Notes: generated from the letters alone by a model not told the origin. Positions 9,926-24,170 are shown, counted from the first letter of the stretch. The stretch: DNA of 64,000 nucleotides from an uncultured archaeon (GCA_964486045.1 CAZALK010000007.1:128001-192000); one strand, 5' to 3'. Made by a program: numbers and translations.

Positions 9926-11204
9926 ATGAAAGAGTTTAAAATTAATAAGTATTTATCATTGAGATTAGAAGATGAAAAGACAAATATCTATATCAACCAA
10001 AAGAAAACCGACAATGTAAATATTTATTAATTGATAGAATCAAATACGACGAAATACCAGAATTGGTTGAAAACTTTGAATCTGTGGATGAAGCAACACA
10101 AAACTCAGATCATTCTTTAGATAATAAGAAAGACGTGATACCACCAGAAACAGAATTTTGGGCGCACTGCTCGAATCTTCAAGTATGGGCGGAAAATAAC
10201 TATGATACACGCTTACTTCATATGTCAATAGCGTTTTCATTATTAAAAGAATTAGCAGAAGCGGGGATACGATGGCCAAAAGAGTATTTAAGGAAGAAAT
10301 TGCTAAACGCCTAGGAAGTGGCTATCCTGCCGTCGTTGATTTTTTAATTCTTGAAGGATTCGACATATTTTTGACTCATGAAGAACGAATAACCTCAGTT
10401 CTAGCACCGGAAGAAGCAGATGTCATCTTGAAGTTAGAGGAATTGACGAAAAAACCCTTTTTTCAATATTCTAACCTTGATGAAAGCTATTCAGATGAAG
10501 GTCCCTTTGAACAAAGGTTTGTCGTTAAAAACAATCATGTTATAGGTATTTGGATTCATTGGGCAAAAGAAACTCCTAGAAAACTCCCCGAGTGGATAAC
10601 TAAATTAAAACTGCTTAAAAGGCTTTATTATACAGGAAATAAAATTAAACATATACCGAAGTTAATATTAAAACTGAAAAGACTCGAGGTCTTACAGATC
10701 GATAGTTTTATTCTAGAAGAAATACCAACGACAATTAATAAGCTAAGATTACTCAAATCTCTAAATATACGAAGCGGTAGCTTGAGAATGATACCAGAGA
10801 CCATTGGTGGACTTTCCCACCTTAAATCTCTTTCCTTAGGCAGTAATTTGATTGACTTACCTATCTCAATTGGGAACTTGGAGAAATTAGAAGAATTAGA
10901 TTTATCTCATAACAAACTTAACAATATTCCAAATTTTATATTCAACCTTAAAAATCTTAAGAACTTGAACATCAAAAACAATAATTTAATAGCTCTTTCA
11001 GAGTCCATAAGCAAACTAGAAAAATTGGAAGAGTTAGATTTTAGTAGAAATCCAATAAGGAGTATTTCAGAATCACTTGTTGATATGGTAAAATTAAAAT
11101 TTGTATCTATTGATAAAATTCCCTCAACTGGTTCTAATATATCTATAATAAAAAAAATGAAAAAAAGAAAGAAAATTAGTGTTTTTGGTTATGTTGGTAA
11201 TTGA
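9926..11204 (+). pseudogene. Leucine-rich repeat protein with two frameshifts (pseudogene or assembly indels)
   Basis: MKEFKINKYLSLRLEDEKTNIYINQK / RQCKYLLID..PETEFWAHCSNLQVWAENNYDTRLLH..LLKELAEAG / D.MAKRVFKEEIAKRL + LRRs lie in three successive frames, with shifts at ~10007 and ~10265. Confidence 0.8.
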
Positions 11205-11229
11205 TTGTCAATACTTCTTGTACCCTTAA

Positions 11230-11637
11230 GACCTATTCCTAAGATGCGTTAACGAAGCCAACCCCATAATTATTCAGCAACACCAATCCAAGATCAAAAA
11301 GTTAAAAACATTTATAATTAGTTATACAAGCAACATTTACACGCCCATAATTAAAACGTATCAATCTTTAAAAGAAAGTACCAATTCCAAATTAGAACAG
11401 TTTTATTTCAATGTTGTAGATGCAATCAATACAAAGCTTGAAAAGGTTGCTAAAAAATTTGAGATGGATATTAGCGAATTATATTTTGATGACGGTTTAG
11501 AACTTAAGATAACGGTTAAGAACAGTCCATTGAGTAAATTCCCTCTTAAAAGCCTTGATTTTGACGATCTGGAGACCACACACAAGAAAGTAATAATTCG
11601 GATCCTCAAAACAGATATTCGCGCTGCTACAAGATAA
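11230..11637 (+). pseudogene. Open frame with no upstream canonical start, ending in histone C-terminus DIRAATR*
   Basis: Stop-free for 135 codons; last 7 aa identical to the histone at 9236; 13-nt identity CAGATATTCGCGC. Confidence 0.45.
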
Positions 11638-11688
11638 ACTTTTCAGATTGAATACCAAAATTCTTTTTTTTTATTTTATATTTTTAGT

Positions 11689-12207
11689 TTAGAAATTTTC
11701 AAAGAATTCTTTATTTAAGTAGTTGTGTATATTCTTTTCAATTTTCTTCTTTACTGCATTTAATCCTTCAGGAAGAACACGAGTTTTTCCTACTATGTCA
11801 ATAAATCCAAGTTCAGATCCGTATCTGGGAATTATATGAAAATGCAAATGGTCAATACTTCCACCTGCATCTCTTCCCTGGTTAATTCCGATATTATATC
11901 CCTTAGGGTTATATAATTCGTCTAATAATAACTGAATTCCTTGAATAGCTCGATTAATGTGAAGTATTTCTTCTTTTGTCAAATCAAGGAACCTTGTTAA
12001 ATGTCGTTTAGTTACGATCATTAGATGCGCAGGATTATACGGATACAAATTCAAAATGATAAAACAAATATCATCTTCGTAAACTTTTAGAATTTCAACG
12101 CGTTCGTCATTATCCCTTACAGCACATAGTATACAATCTACTCTTGGTCTAGATTTGCCTTGAACATAATCTAATTTTCCTAAAGCTTGTAACCAATCTC
12201 TAAAAAT
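11689..12207 (-). CDS. HIT-family (Ap4A/Fhit-like) hydrolase, probable ATT start
   Basis: CILC zinc motif, LNLYPYNPAHLMIV, GYNIGINQG..AGGSIDHLHFHIIPR; frame extends 51 codons above the ORF-track start to ATT after GGTGA SD. Confidence 0.9.
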   Translation of the reverse strand: MFRDWLQALGKLDYVQGKSRPRVDCILCAVRDNDERVEILKVYEDDICFIILNLYPYNPAHLMIVTKRHLTRFLDLTKEEILHINRAIQGIQLLLDELYNPKGYNIGINQGRDAGGSIDHLHFHIIPRYGSELGFIDIVGKTRVLPEGLNAVKKKIEKNIHNYLNKEFFENF

Positions 12208-12236
12208 TGGATTTCACCATTATTCCTGTTTTTAAA

Positions 12237-12785
12237 TTATGAATATAAGGAAAAATCAGAACCTCCCGTAAAATCTTTACTTTTGAGAAAGTCTTCTGGC
12301 TTTATTTTACCTGAGCAATATTCCCCTAATAATATGTGGCTATATGCAGCACCATCAAATACCCGTCTTATTGACTTGAAAAAAGAATTTTTAGAAACAG
12401 TCCCATTATCCTTAAAAAATATCTGATCGTTAATCTCATACCTATAATTATTGAGATCGATTCGATAAAATAAATCCTTAACAAGGAAAAATTTTCTTAA
12501 ATCCCAGAAAAATTGCATTTTTCTGTTTTCCTTTAGTGAGTTTAATGCGTCTATATGTGGTTTTGAAATTTGAGTCCCGAGTGATATAATGATTAAATCT
12601 TTATTTTTTGGTCTTAGAACCGCCATTCTTCTTCCAACTGGGCGTCCTGTAGGATCATTTCCTGGTGGAAAAATAAATTGGAAACCAAAGTCAATTTTAG
12701 GATCAGATATTTTTTCTCTTAATAATCCCTCATCTAATAGGTAATCATGAATTAATTGATTTATTTTACTTTCTTTATCAGACAT
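12237..12785 (-). CDS. Hypothetical protein (DUF2299-like)
   Basis: 182-aa ORF; IHDYLLDEG N-terminus resembles archaeal DUF2299. Confidence 0.6.
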   Translation of the reverse strand: MSDKESKINQLIHDYLLDEGLLREKISDPKIDFGFQFIFPPGNDPTGRPVGRRMAVLRPKNKDLIIISLGTQISKPHIDALNSLKENRKMQFFWDLRKFFLVKDLFYRIDLNNYRYEINDQIFFKDNGTVSKNSFFKSIRRVFDGAAYSHILLGEYCSGKIKPEDFLKSKDFTGGSDFSLYS

Positions 12786-12991
12786 TATTATTCGGTAAGG
12801 TAAAGAATGAATTATTTAATATATTTTTTTATAAGAAGTTGTTCAAGCTAAAGAGGATAATAATCCTAAAAATTAGAATTTTCTTAAAGATTAACATATG
12901 TTGCAAATATTGAATGAGAGTGAATACCGTGGATCTGTATAATTTAAGGAAAATTAAAATGAATAAAAAGTAGTGATAATTAATATTTTGT

Positions 12992-13252
12992 TTAAGTGTC
13001 TTTTTTCTCATAAATAGAAATTTCGTCAACAGAATGAATTGCACAATTCAAGGATGTCAATTTTTCAGTGATAACTTCAAGTGACAGGTCATTTCCGGTA
13101 ATATGTATATGCAGGGAAGCTGTTTTTTGATCTAACTCATCTAATTTAACTCTAACGTCTTTCACTCCATTAACTTCAACTAAAGCACGAGCTACATAGT
13201 CTATACTGGGAGAGTGGGGTTTAAGGACATCCAAATCGTATTCAAATCTCAT
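12992..13252 (-). CDS. DUF211-family protein
   Basis: LDVLKPHSPS and C-terminal AIHSVDEI motifs. Confidence 0.85.
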   Translation of the reverse strand: MRFEYDLDVLKPHSPSIDYVARALVEVNGVKDVRVKLDELDQKTASLHIHITGNDLSLEVITEKLTSLNCAIHSVDEISIYEKKDT

Positions 13253-13339
13253 ATTTTTCTTTTAACCTTTACAAGTTATTGAATTATAATAGTTTAAATG
13301 GATATTTTTATTTTATATTTTCATTATCTCTTTATTTCT

Positions 13340-14029
13340 TTATAAAAGTTTCTTAATTTCTGTTATTAATTTTTGAGGAATTTCACTTTCCCTTACAATC
13401 ACATCTGCTTTTTGAAGGGTTTCTACTATGGCTAGTTTAGTATGAACAGCGATAGAACGAGCGCCAACATTAATAGCACCCTCAATATCTCTGTAATTAT
13501 CTCCAATAACTAAGATTTCATTCGTGGTAACACCGAACTTATCACAAATAACTAGAAGATGATCTGGATGCGGTTTAGGATTACTAACGTTATCTCTACC
13601 TATTATTACATCAAAAAAATTCAGTAATTTGACTTTTTCAAGAGATAATTTAGCATGTTCATATTTATTGAATGTAAAAATTGCTTGTTGAAGATTATTG
13701 GTTTTAGCAAAAATAAGGACTTCTTCGATTCCTTTTATCTTAGTTGCATTAAGAGCAGCTATGTACTCAATTTTACTTACTTCTCTCTCGACTTCTTGTA
13801 AAATTTTAATTACGTGGTTTGGATCATTCCCTTTTTGCTGAAATATTTCTTTAGATGTGTTTATATTATCCAATATGCTTTTTTGAATCGAAAGTTTTGT
13901 TTTATCTATGCCATACGACACAAAAATACTAATTGCCGCTTTACGGGCTTTAGTTGATTTAATTTTGAAGTGTATTAGAGTCCCATCTAAATCCCAAGCA
14001 ATTGCTTTGATAGGTTTTTTACTGTTCAT
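13340..14029 (-). CDS. HAD-superfamily phosphatase
   Basis: WDLDGTL, KPHPD, IGDNYRDIEGA. Confidence 0.92.
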   Translation of the reverse strand: MNSKKPIKAIAWDLDGTLIHFKIKSTKARKAAISIFVSYGIDKTKLSIQKSILDNINTSKEIFQQKGNDPNHVIKILQEVEREVSKIEYIAALNATKIKGIEEVLIFAKTNNLQQAIFTFNKYEHAKLSLEKVKLLNFFDVIIGRDNVSNPKPHPDHLLVICDKFGVTTNEILVIGDNYRDIEGAINVGARSIAVHTKLAIVETLQKADVIVRESEIPQKLITEIKKLL

Positions 14030-14048
14030 TTAACTGAGGAATATATCT

Positions 14049-14633
14049 TTAATATTCTAAATCAGAATACTGAGGCCCTTGAGGGGTTAGCACGGATTTT
14101 TTAAGCTTAATTTGTTTTACGTTAAATGTTCCAAATTCCAAGCTTTTATTCTCATTCATGAGTTTCTTAAAAGAATCAAATGTCTTGTAGTTTATTTTTC
14201 CTTTTTTTAATCGTCCAATGGTCAGGTGTGGTTTAAATTTAGTTCTTTTATCCCGATCTATTTTTAATCTGATATTCAATAAATCTTCGACTGAGTTCTT
14301 GATGGTCTGTATAAGGGAGATATCTCCTACAAGCTTTATCCATAAAACTGAAAATCTGTTGAACTGACCTACGCCTTTGAGATAATATTTGAATTCTTTT
14401 CCTTGAATGATTTTTTCATTTATTTCTGACTTTAATAATTCATATATTTTTGGAGCCAATAACTCAGAAATGTTTCCTAAGAATTTAACTGTCATATGTA
14501 GGTTCTCTGGTCTCACTAATTTCAGATTTGGCTGATTTTTTTTCAGATGCGAAGTGAACGAGACGATATTCTCAATCGTAGATTTTTCCGATAATTCAAG
14601 AGCGATGAAGGATCTAATCATTTTTTCCCCCAA
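14049..14633 (-). CDS. thpR: RNA 2',3'-cyclic phosphodiesterase / 2'-5' RNA ligase (2H family)
   Basis: RSFIAL, NLHMTVKFLG, FKPHLTIGR (two HxT motifs), SVLTPQGPQY. Confidence 0.92.
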   Translation of the reverse strand: MGEKMIRSFIALELSEKSTIENIVSFTSHLKKNQPNLKLVRPENLHMTVKFLGNISELLAPKIYELLKSEINEKIIQGKEFKYYLKGVGQFNRFSVLWIKLVGDISLIQTIKNSVEDLLNIRLKIDRDKRTKFKPHLTIGRLKKGKINYKTFDSFKKLMNENKSLEFGTFNVKQIKLKKSVLTPQGPQYSDLEY

Positions 14634-15793
14634 TAGTTAACAATTCTCCAATCTTTATCTTTTAGCTGTTTTCTATGTTCAGGAATAATGTGGACTTCAT
14701 TCAAATCCTCTAATGATGAAGATTTTATTATTTTAATTATGTCTTGCAAAAATAGTATATTCATTTTACCTCTAGTATCCGCATCAGCCGAAGCATTATG
14801 GGGAATAAGAATTATTCGAATTTCAGGTCGTTTTTGTTTGATCTTCTTAAATCTCTCAATGGTTTTATTATCAAGTGGTTCTATTGGAAAGACATCAAAA
14901 GCTAAATTTATTCGAATTTCGTTTGTTTCAAGCAAATCAAGAAGAGATTCCAAATCCAACACTGATCCTCTTGCTGTATTTACTAACAAGGCATTTTTTT
15001 TCATAAGTTTTAATAAGTCCCGATTGACCATTTTTTCAGTGTGTTTATTTAAAGGAACATGAATAGTAACAATATCTGATTCTCTGAAGACATCTTCTAA
15101 ATGTTCTTTAAACTCGAGGGAAGGGAAACCTTGTTCGAAATCATTCATTTGTTTGATATCAAAATAAAGAATTTTAATCCCCCAAGGGTATAATCTCCTA
15201 ATTAGTTCCTTTCCAATTTCGCCCAATCCAACAATTCCGACTACTTTACTGGTGATTAAGGAAGAAAGAGATTGATCTAAGTCCCATTTATCATCAGGGG
15301 TCCATTGGTCATCCCATATATAATTATGAAGATCTACTAAATTCCTTAAGTTTGCCATGATTATGGCTATAGTATAATCTGCAACTGTTTCATGAAGAAC
15401 TCCAGGAGTATGAGTTATAATAATATCATCTTTTTCCGTTCTCTGAATATGGTTATATCCGGCTGTTGATGTGGAAACTGCAAAAATATTTGATTTTTCC
15501 AGAGTTTCTGAGATTAAAGAATGACTTAAGTGACATCCTATGATATCTGGTTTAAAATTCTCTACGCTTTTGTTAATTTGATCGTCTGAGGGAAACCTCC
15601 CACTGAATACCTTTACTTCTGATTTTTGATTTAGTTCTTGCCACAAATTTCTAATTTCTTTTCGAATGCTTTCAGAAATTAATTCATTCGATCCAATTTC
15701 CTCATCTGAGAAAACATTTGAGGTGAGAAATACCTTAGGTTTATAGGTCATATTCATAACCAGTATTTTTGTTCTTTTGAATTTTGTGATCAT
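14618..15793 (-). CDS. D-2-hydroxyacid dehydrogenase (glyoxylate reductase-like)
   Basis: THTPGVLHETVAD, GIVGLGEIG, NTARG, DVFPIEP, PHNAS. Confidence 0.9.
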   Translation of the reverse strand: MITKFKRTKILVMNMTYKPKVFLTSNVFSDEEIGSNELISESIRKEIRNLWQELNQKSEVKVFSGRFPSDDQINKSVENFKPDIIGCHLSHSLISETLEKSNIFAVSTSTAGYNHIQRTEKDDIIITHTPGVLHETVADYTIAIIMANLRNLVDLHNYIWDDQWTPDDKWDLDQSLSSLITSKVVGIVGLGEIGKELIRRLYPWGIKILYFDIKQMNDFEQGFPSLEFKEHLEDVFRESDIVTIHVPLNKHTEKMVNRDLLKLMKKNALLVNTARGSVLDLESLLDLLETNEIRINLAFDVFPIEPLDNKTIERFKKIKQKRPEIRIILIPHNASADADTRGKMNILFLQDIIKIIKSSSLEDLNEVHIIPEHRKQLKDKDWRIVNYWGKK

Positions 15794-15883
15794 TAATTTC
15801 GAAATTCAATTTTATCTAATTATCAAAATTTATTAAATCAAACTCTATCTTATAATTAAAACTAACTGGACAGGTGGTAGAAG

Positions 15884-16027
15884 ATAGCAAAAGTAAAATG
15901 TCAAGAATGTAAGAAGGAAATTGTAGGAGGGGCTAAAATACAGGAGTTTGATATGAATGAGCCCACAAGTATGCATGTCTTCTGTTCTGAGACGTGTAAA
16001 GAGAAGTGGCTCGCCACAATAAGTTAA
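15884..16027 (+). CDS. TRASH/zinc-finger microprotein (47 aa), probable ATA start
   Basis: (M)AKVKCQECKKEIVGGAKIQEFDMNEPTSMHVFCSETCKEKWLATIS*; CxxC...FCSxxC pattern; AGGTGG SD upstream; in-frame TAG two codons before the ATA. Confidence 0.75.
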   Translation: MAKVKCQECKKEIVGGAKIQEFDMNEPTSMHVFCSETCKEKWLATIS

Positions 16028-16138
16028 GAACAAAAAAACTGTTAATACCATTTTTATATTTCAGAATTTCCATTTAACACAATTCCCTCAAGAAAATAAG
16101 TAGAATTTATCAGCCTAAGAAAAATTTAATCTTTTTCA

Positions 16139-17101
16139 TTATCTTTTAATTTTTTCAGGAAGGTAGAAATCATAAGTTTTCTTAAATAGGTTGGTTTTGA
16201 TGTATCTATCAATTCTCCTAGCATTTTGAAAAATCATCCAAATCATTTTATCACTTTTATAATACTTTTGCACTTCGACAAAATTAATAGGTTCCAGTTC
16301 AAATTTACTCGCTTCTTCATTTAAGAATTGATTTACTCTTTTTATTAATCGAGGGATGATTTCAGGCATTTGTTCTTTAATAAAATTGGCAAGTAAGTCA
16401 ATAATTACTAACCTCAAATTATAATAACGATCTAACACATCTTGAATGAAAAATGCCTTAATTAGGAATTTTAAGAATGAAGGTGTACTATTTAAGAACA
16501 ATTCTGCTTCCATTGATTCCACTCCATTTTTTCGAAGCATGGGAGTACTTGTATCAAGATATAATAGTTTAGAATTTTCATTTACAGTAGGATTCTTTGA
16601 ATCATAATCCATTACAACAAAATTAGAAATTTGGCCATCTAACCCTATTTCTAGAGCTGAATTTTCCTTATTTAATTTCCATACTTTCTTTAGTTCTCGT
16701 AAAACAAGCAAAACCAGGATTTCTACCTCATCCTCATTCACCTGGTGAATAATTTTGTTACCAACGGATTCGGGATCAATTTTAGCTTGGATGCTGTAAA
16801 ACTGAATTTTTTCCTTATCATCGAAGAACCAAATAACCTTATGTTCAGGAAGAATCATGCCTACATCTTCCTCTAAAATTCTACAATACTTATTATAAGC
16901 CCAAATATGCCTTTGAACTTGTTTTTCATTTTCGAATATTGGAATTCTTTTATAGGCTAATTTTTCTGGATCACCAATGATTTCAAAAACTAGACTTATT
17001 TCTCCGAATCCAAGTATTTTTATAGGGATTTTTCCCTTCTCAGGATGAATTGTATCAATTGTCTTTTCAAACTCTTTTAACAAATCAATATCGATTTTCA
17101 T
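16139..17101 (-). CDS. Hypothetical protein (DUF6206-like, kinase-like fold)
   Basis: LGFGEISLV, AYKRIP, GLDGQISN, YLDTSTP, C-terminal LPEKIKR. Confidence 0.65.
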   Translation of the reverse strand: MKIDIDLLKEFEKTIDTIHPEKGKIPIKILGFGEISLVFEIIGDPEKLAYKRIPIFENEKQVQRHIWAYNKYCRILEEDVGMILPEHKVIWFFDDKEKIQFYSIQAKIDPESVGNKIIHQVNEDEVEILVLLVLRELKKVWKLNKENSALEIGLDGQISNFVVMDYDSKNPTVNENSKLLYLDTSTPMLRKNGVESMEAELFLNSTPSFLKFLIKAFFIQDVLDRYYNLRLVIIDLLANFIKEQMPEIIPRLIKRVNQFLNEEASKFELEPINFVEVQKYYKSDKMIWMIFQNARRIDRYIKTNLFKKTYDFYLPEKIKR

Positions 17102-17326
17102 AAATAATCAAATAAATTATGCTATCTCTCTCAAATTTAGTTTAACATTATATTTTTATGCTAATAAATGTTAATCAATCGCTTACAAATTTATAAATAG
17201 GTTTATTTAAAACAGTACATTGAACAAGTAGGATATTCGAAAATGATGAGAAATGTGGTATGAGTAAACAGAATTTTTCTATGATCATGGAGCAGAGATC
17301 TGAGTTTGAATATCTTTTTCTTCATT

Positions 17327-18805
17327 TTATTGATTTTTTAATGAATAACTCTCTTTACGATCAAGAATTTTTTTAACCATATCTTCTCTTTCTGATTCTT
17401 GGAGTCTTTGAATATATCTTTCCAATTGATCCCTCGTATGGTATGGCCCACCTTCAGTTAACACGATTTCCATTGGATCCTTACTAATTGGAAATTTCTC
17501 TTCCATTTCTTTATACCATTTATCAAGAAGTTTTAATCCCTTACGGATTACTTCTGGTTTTTCCTCTGCCACATTTTGCAACATATGAAAATCTTTTTCA
17601 TAATCATAGAGCATTAGTTCTGGGAAATTCTTTAATCCAGTATGATAAGTCTTAATTAATGTCCAATTTTCAAATCTAACAGTGCGTTGACAACTCCATG
17701 CATTCTGACTAATAACCAGGAATTCCCTTCCAAATTCTTCATTATTTTCAATATTCTTAAAGAAGCTTTTGCCATCCCAAAATTCAGGGATGTTCAACCC
17801 TAAACCTTCTAAAACTGTCGCTGCTACATCATTTTGATAGATTAATGAATTTTGTTCCGTTTTCCAATTTTTCTCAGGCCATTTTATTATCATTGGAACA
17901 CGATTAGTTACATGACAGGCAGTAGCGTGATCACCGTAAACATTTAGTTCCCCTTGATTTTCTCCATGATCAGAGCTTATAATTATCAATGTATCCTCGT
18001 AGATACCTTGATCCTTCAGAATTTCTATTATTTTACCAACGTATTCATCCGAATAGTTTATACCAACATCATATCCATCAATCCATTGTTTAAAATCATT
18101 AATATCTCTAATTTCTTTGAGATTTTTCAATCTAGGAAACCACTGAGAAAGATCCTGTCCTACAAATCCAGATAAATCACAAGCAGAATGCGGTCCATAA
18201 CTTTTCCTGTGTTCATCTATGATTTCTTGTGTTAACCAGGAAGGTGCAGGTTCATTCTCAAAGGTATTTAAAAATTCTAAAGGAGTACGGTAAGGGGTGT
18301 GAGGATCCCAGAAATTCACGTGCAAAAACCAGTTATTTCTTTTTTCATTATCTTTTAACCATTTCTCTGCATAAGTAAAAATTTGTTCCGCTCTCTCCAT
18401 CCCTCTTTTTCCAGGGTTATACATTTCTTTCCATCCAGAATTGAACCAAAAAGCAGAATGCCGTTCTGCGAATGGTGATATAGAGACAGGATATATCCTC
18501 GCTCTTCTGAGCATGCTGATCCAGTTAAAACTTAGAAATTGATCTTGAAATCCTCGTGTTTTACCAGTTAACTGTAAATCTGCAGCAGTACCACCATGCC
18601 CAACAACACCAGAGTGTATACCAAATCGACCTGTAAAAAGAGAAGCTCTAGATGGTAAGCATGGGGCATCAGATACATAACATTCTGTAAAAATTGTCCC
18701 ACTTTTTGCTATTTTATCGATATTAGGGGAGGTATTAAGATGATATCCATAACACCCAAGATGATCAGGTCTTAAGGTATCGATATCCAGATAAATAATT
18801 CTCAT
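17327..18805 (-). CDS. Sulfatase (formylglycine-dependent)
   Basis: DTLRPDHLGCYG, CLPSRASLFTG (CxPxR), DPHTPY, SDHGE. Confidence 0.93.
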   Translation of the reverse strand: MRIIYLDIDTLRPDHLGCYGYHLNTSPNIDKIAKSGTIFTECYVSDAPCLPSRASLFTGRFGIHSGVVGHGGTAADLQLTGKTRGFQDQFLSFNWISMLRRARIYPVSISPFAERHSAFWFNSGWKEMYNPGKRGMERAEQIFTYAEKWLKDNEKRNNWFLHVNFWDPHTPYRTPLEFLNTFENEPAPSWLTQEIIDEHRKSYGPHSACDLSGFVGQDLSQWFPRLKNLKEIRDINDFKQWIDGYDVGINYSDEYVGKIIEILKDQGIYEDTLIIISSDHGENQGELNVYGDHATACHVTNRVPMIIKWPEKNWKTEQNSLIYQNDVAATVLEGLGLNIPEFWDGKSFFKNIENNEEFGREFLVISQNAWSCQRTVRFENWTLIKTYHTGLKNFPELMLYDYEKDFHMLQNVAEEKPEVIRKGLKLLDKWYKEMEEKFPISKDPMEIVLTEGGPYHTRDQLERYIQRLQESEREDMVKKILDRKESYSLKNQ

Positions 18806-18881
18806 ATTCTTAAGTTAAAACAAATTGTTTTTTAAGTTTTTTAGATTTTTAAATCCAGATCTAGATAATAGTAATTTATGA

Positions 18882-22022
<3,141 letters not shown>

Positions 22023-22101
22023 CCTCTATGTGAGAAGTTATCATTTTAACTTTTATTTATATAATAAAAATAGAAATAATTTCAAATAAACTGGTGTTAG
22101 A

Positions 22102-22917
22102 ATGGCACGACCTTTATGGTTCGTTACATTATTAAAAAAAACGTTCCCAAATGTTAAATTTATAGCAAAACTGACTAATTTACCGATTATAGGGAAAATA
22201 ATTGATCATCTCCTCTTTGAAGGCGACCATCTCATTTATCTTCCTCAAGATAGAGTCATTAACATCGATAAATCATTAGGAGAATACGATGAGGCAGTTT
22301 TACCATCCCAAATATTAAAATATTTTATCAATAAAGCTAAAAATCACTGGATCATGAATTTTTGTATTTGTAGAACAAGTATGAAATGTGAAGATTATCC
22401 TCAGGATTTAGGTTATCTGTTCCTTGGTGAAGCTATACTGGATATAAATCCACAGTTAGGGAGATTAGTGAGTAAAGATGAAGCTCTAGATCACATAAAG
22501 AAGTGTGATGAAGCAGGTTTAGTTCACATGATTGGAAGAAATAAATTGGACGCACAATGGCTTGGTGTAGGTCCAGGAGACAAACTATTAACAATATGTA
22601 ATTGTGATCCATGTTGCTGCTTATGGCGTACAGCCCCATTTTTAACACCAAAGATTGGATCGAAGGTAAAGAAAATACCCGGCGTTAAAATCCATGTGAC
22701 AAATAAATGCACTGGGTGTGGGACCTGCAGAAATGGGATATGTTTTGTTGATGCAATTAAGGAAATAAACGATAAATCTTTTATAAGTGAATCCTGTAAA
22801 GGATGTGGTCGTTGTGTTAGTATTTGCCCTCAAAAAGCAATTGAGTTTATAATTGAAGATAAAAACTATATAGAAACATCTATTAAAGAATTAGACGAAA
22901 TACTAGATGTTTCTTAA
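22102..22917 (+). CDS. 4Fe-4S ferredoxin-domain protein
   Basis: CICR, ICNCDPCCC, CTGCGTC...C, CKGCGRCVSICP. Confidence 0.85.
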   Translation: MARPLWFVTLLKKTFPNVKFIAKLTNLPIIGKIIDHLLFEGDHLIYLPQDRVINIDKSLGEYDEAVLPSQILKYFINKAKNHWIMNFCICRTSMKCEDYPQDLGYLFLGEAILDINPQLGRLVSKDEALDHIKKCDEAGLVHMIGRNKLDAQWLGVGPGDKLLTICNCDPCCCLWRTAPFLTPKIGSKVKKIPGVKIHVTNKCTGCGTCRNGICFVDAIKEINDKSFISESCKGCGRCVSICPQKAIEFIIEDKNYIETSIKELDEILDVS

Positions 22918-22992
22918 TCATAAATATTCTGAGCAATTTTTCCCAAAAAAGAAATAGTTACGGAAACAGCTTCAATAAAATAGTTTTATTCG

Positions 22993-23958
22993 CTAATTTT
23001 TAACAATATCCTTGAAAAAATTAACAAATGCGTTATAGTCATTATTTAAAATTTGTATATCAAATGGTTTATGCTTTTTAAGTCCAAGCATATAGTAGGG
23101 TAAAATAGTTTCTTTTATCGTAATTGGTTTAAATATAAAGTAGTTTCCCGATTTTTTCAATAAAATCTGATCTTCTTGGTTTTCTAACTCCATTTCTTCA
23201 AATACATCGTTAAGCGAGAGAAAATAAGCGATTGTGCTACTCAATTTTTTTTTTGAATCCTCATCCTTAAAAAAGGAACCCAAAATTATCGAGTTTTTCT
23301 CGACGATAATTAAACCCTCACAGTCTAATTTTCTTGCATATTCTTCGATAGTTTGTTGAATTAATTCCGATTTTGGGAATAATTCCAATAACATCTTTGA
23401 CATGGCACTCATTATTGTATATGGAGAGTAAATTGAAGTTCTATAAAATTTTATCATTCGATAATTTGCAGTCTCAATTATCTCTTTTTGTAGTTTTTGT
23501 ATTTCATTTTCTATTTCATTTCTAACGTTTTGAATTAATTTGGGATCATATTTATGAAAGAAAATATAGATGGGTGGGTTTATTTTCAATTCTCTAAATT
23601 TCTCAATCACATCATAAAAATAACTCAATGACTCAAGCACGCGAGAAGTATCTAATATATCAATAACATATATCGCGATTTCAGTATCTTCAAAATATTT
23701 ACTAGGATTTTTTAAATAAGATATACGGTAACTTTTTTGACCTCCTAAATCCCATTCACTTATTTCTTTTCCTAAAAACTTAAAATTAGTTCTTTGAGCA
23801 CCTCTTGTTGGCTCAAGTAAAGCGATCTTTGATAATTCTTTCTGCAAAGCCAATATAATGCTTGTTTTGCCTGCAGCATCTAAACCTGTAAAAAGGATCT
23901 TGTAAGTTTTTTCCTTAGACCTTCCTTCTTTTTGAAAAAACAGTAATGAGTCTTCCAA
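22993..23958 (-). CDS. Rag/Arf-like small GTPase with C-terminal roadblock/longin-like domain
   Basis: GLDAAGKT, PTRG, WDLGGQ, FHKYD (Rag-type HKxD), RTSIY; ~130-aa C-terminal extension. Confidence 0.85.
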   Translation of the reverse strand: MEDSLLFFQKEGRSKEKTYKILFTGLDAAGKTSIILALQKELSKIALLEPTRGAQRTNFKFLGKEISEWDLGGQKSYRISYLKNPSKYFEDTEIAIYVIDILDTSRVLESLSYFYDVIEKFRELKINPPIYIFFHKYDPKLIQNVRNEIENEIQKLQKEIIETANYRMIKFYRTSIYSPYTIMSAMSKMLLELFPKSELIQQTIEEYARKLDCEGLIIVEKNSIILGSFFKDEDSKKKLSSTIAYFLSLNDVFEEMELENQEDQILLKKSGNYFIFKPITIKETILPYYMLGLKKHKPFDIQILNNDYNAFVNFFKDIVKN

Positions 23959-24170
23959 ATGGATTTCACCTTGGTAAAAATAAATGAATATTTACGCCAA
24001 GAATTGTACAGATATATTGTTATTTAAATCTATGTTAGTAGGAAAAGCTCAGAAATCAAACACTTTTCGATTTATTCCATCGAGTTTTTATTATTTCTAG
24101 TATTAAGTATTGATGAACAGTTTTAACTTTTAGATTTTAAGAGCTCTTACGAATAATTTAAACTATTGTC

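Noticed and set aside
9995-10275. LRR gene breaks as introns
   Set aside because: Both look like small indels in or near short homopolymer runs, with no inserted sequence or BHB fold
14049-14633. thpR as the ligase for the mRNA introns
   Set aside because: The established archaeal splicing ligase is RtcB; thpR is widespread and its proximity is uninformative
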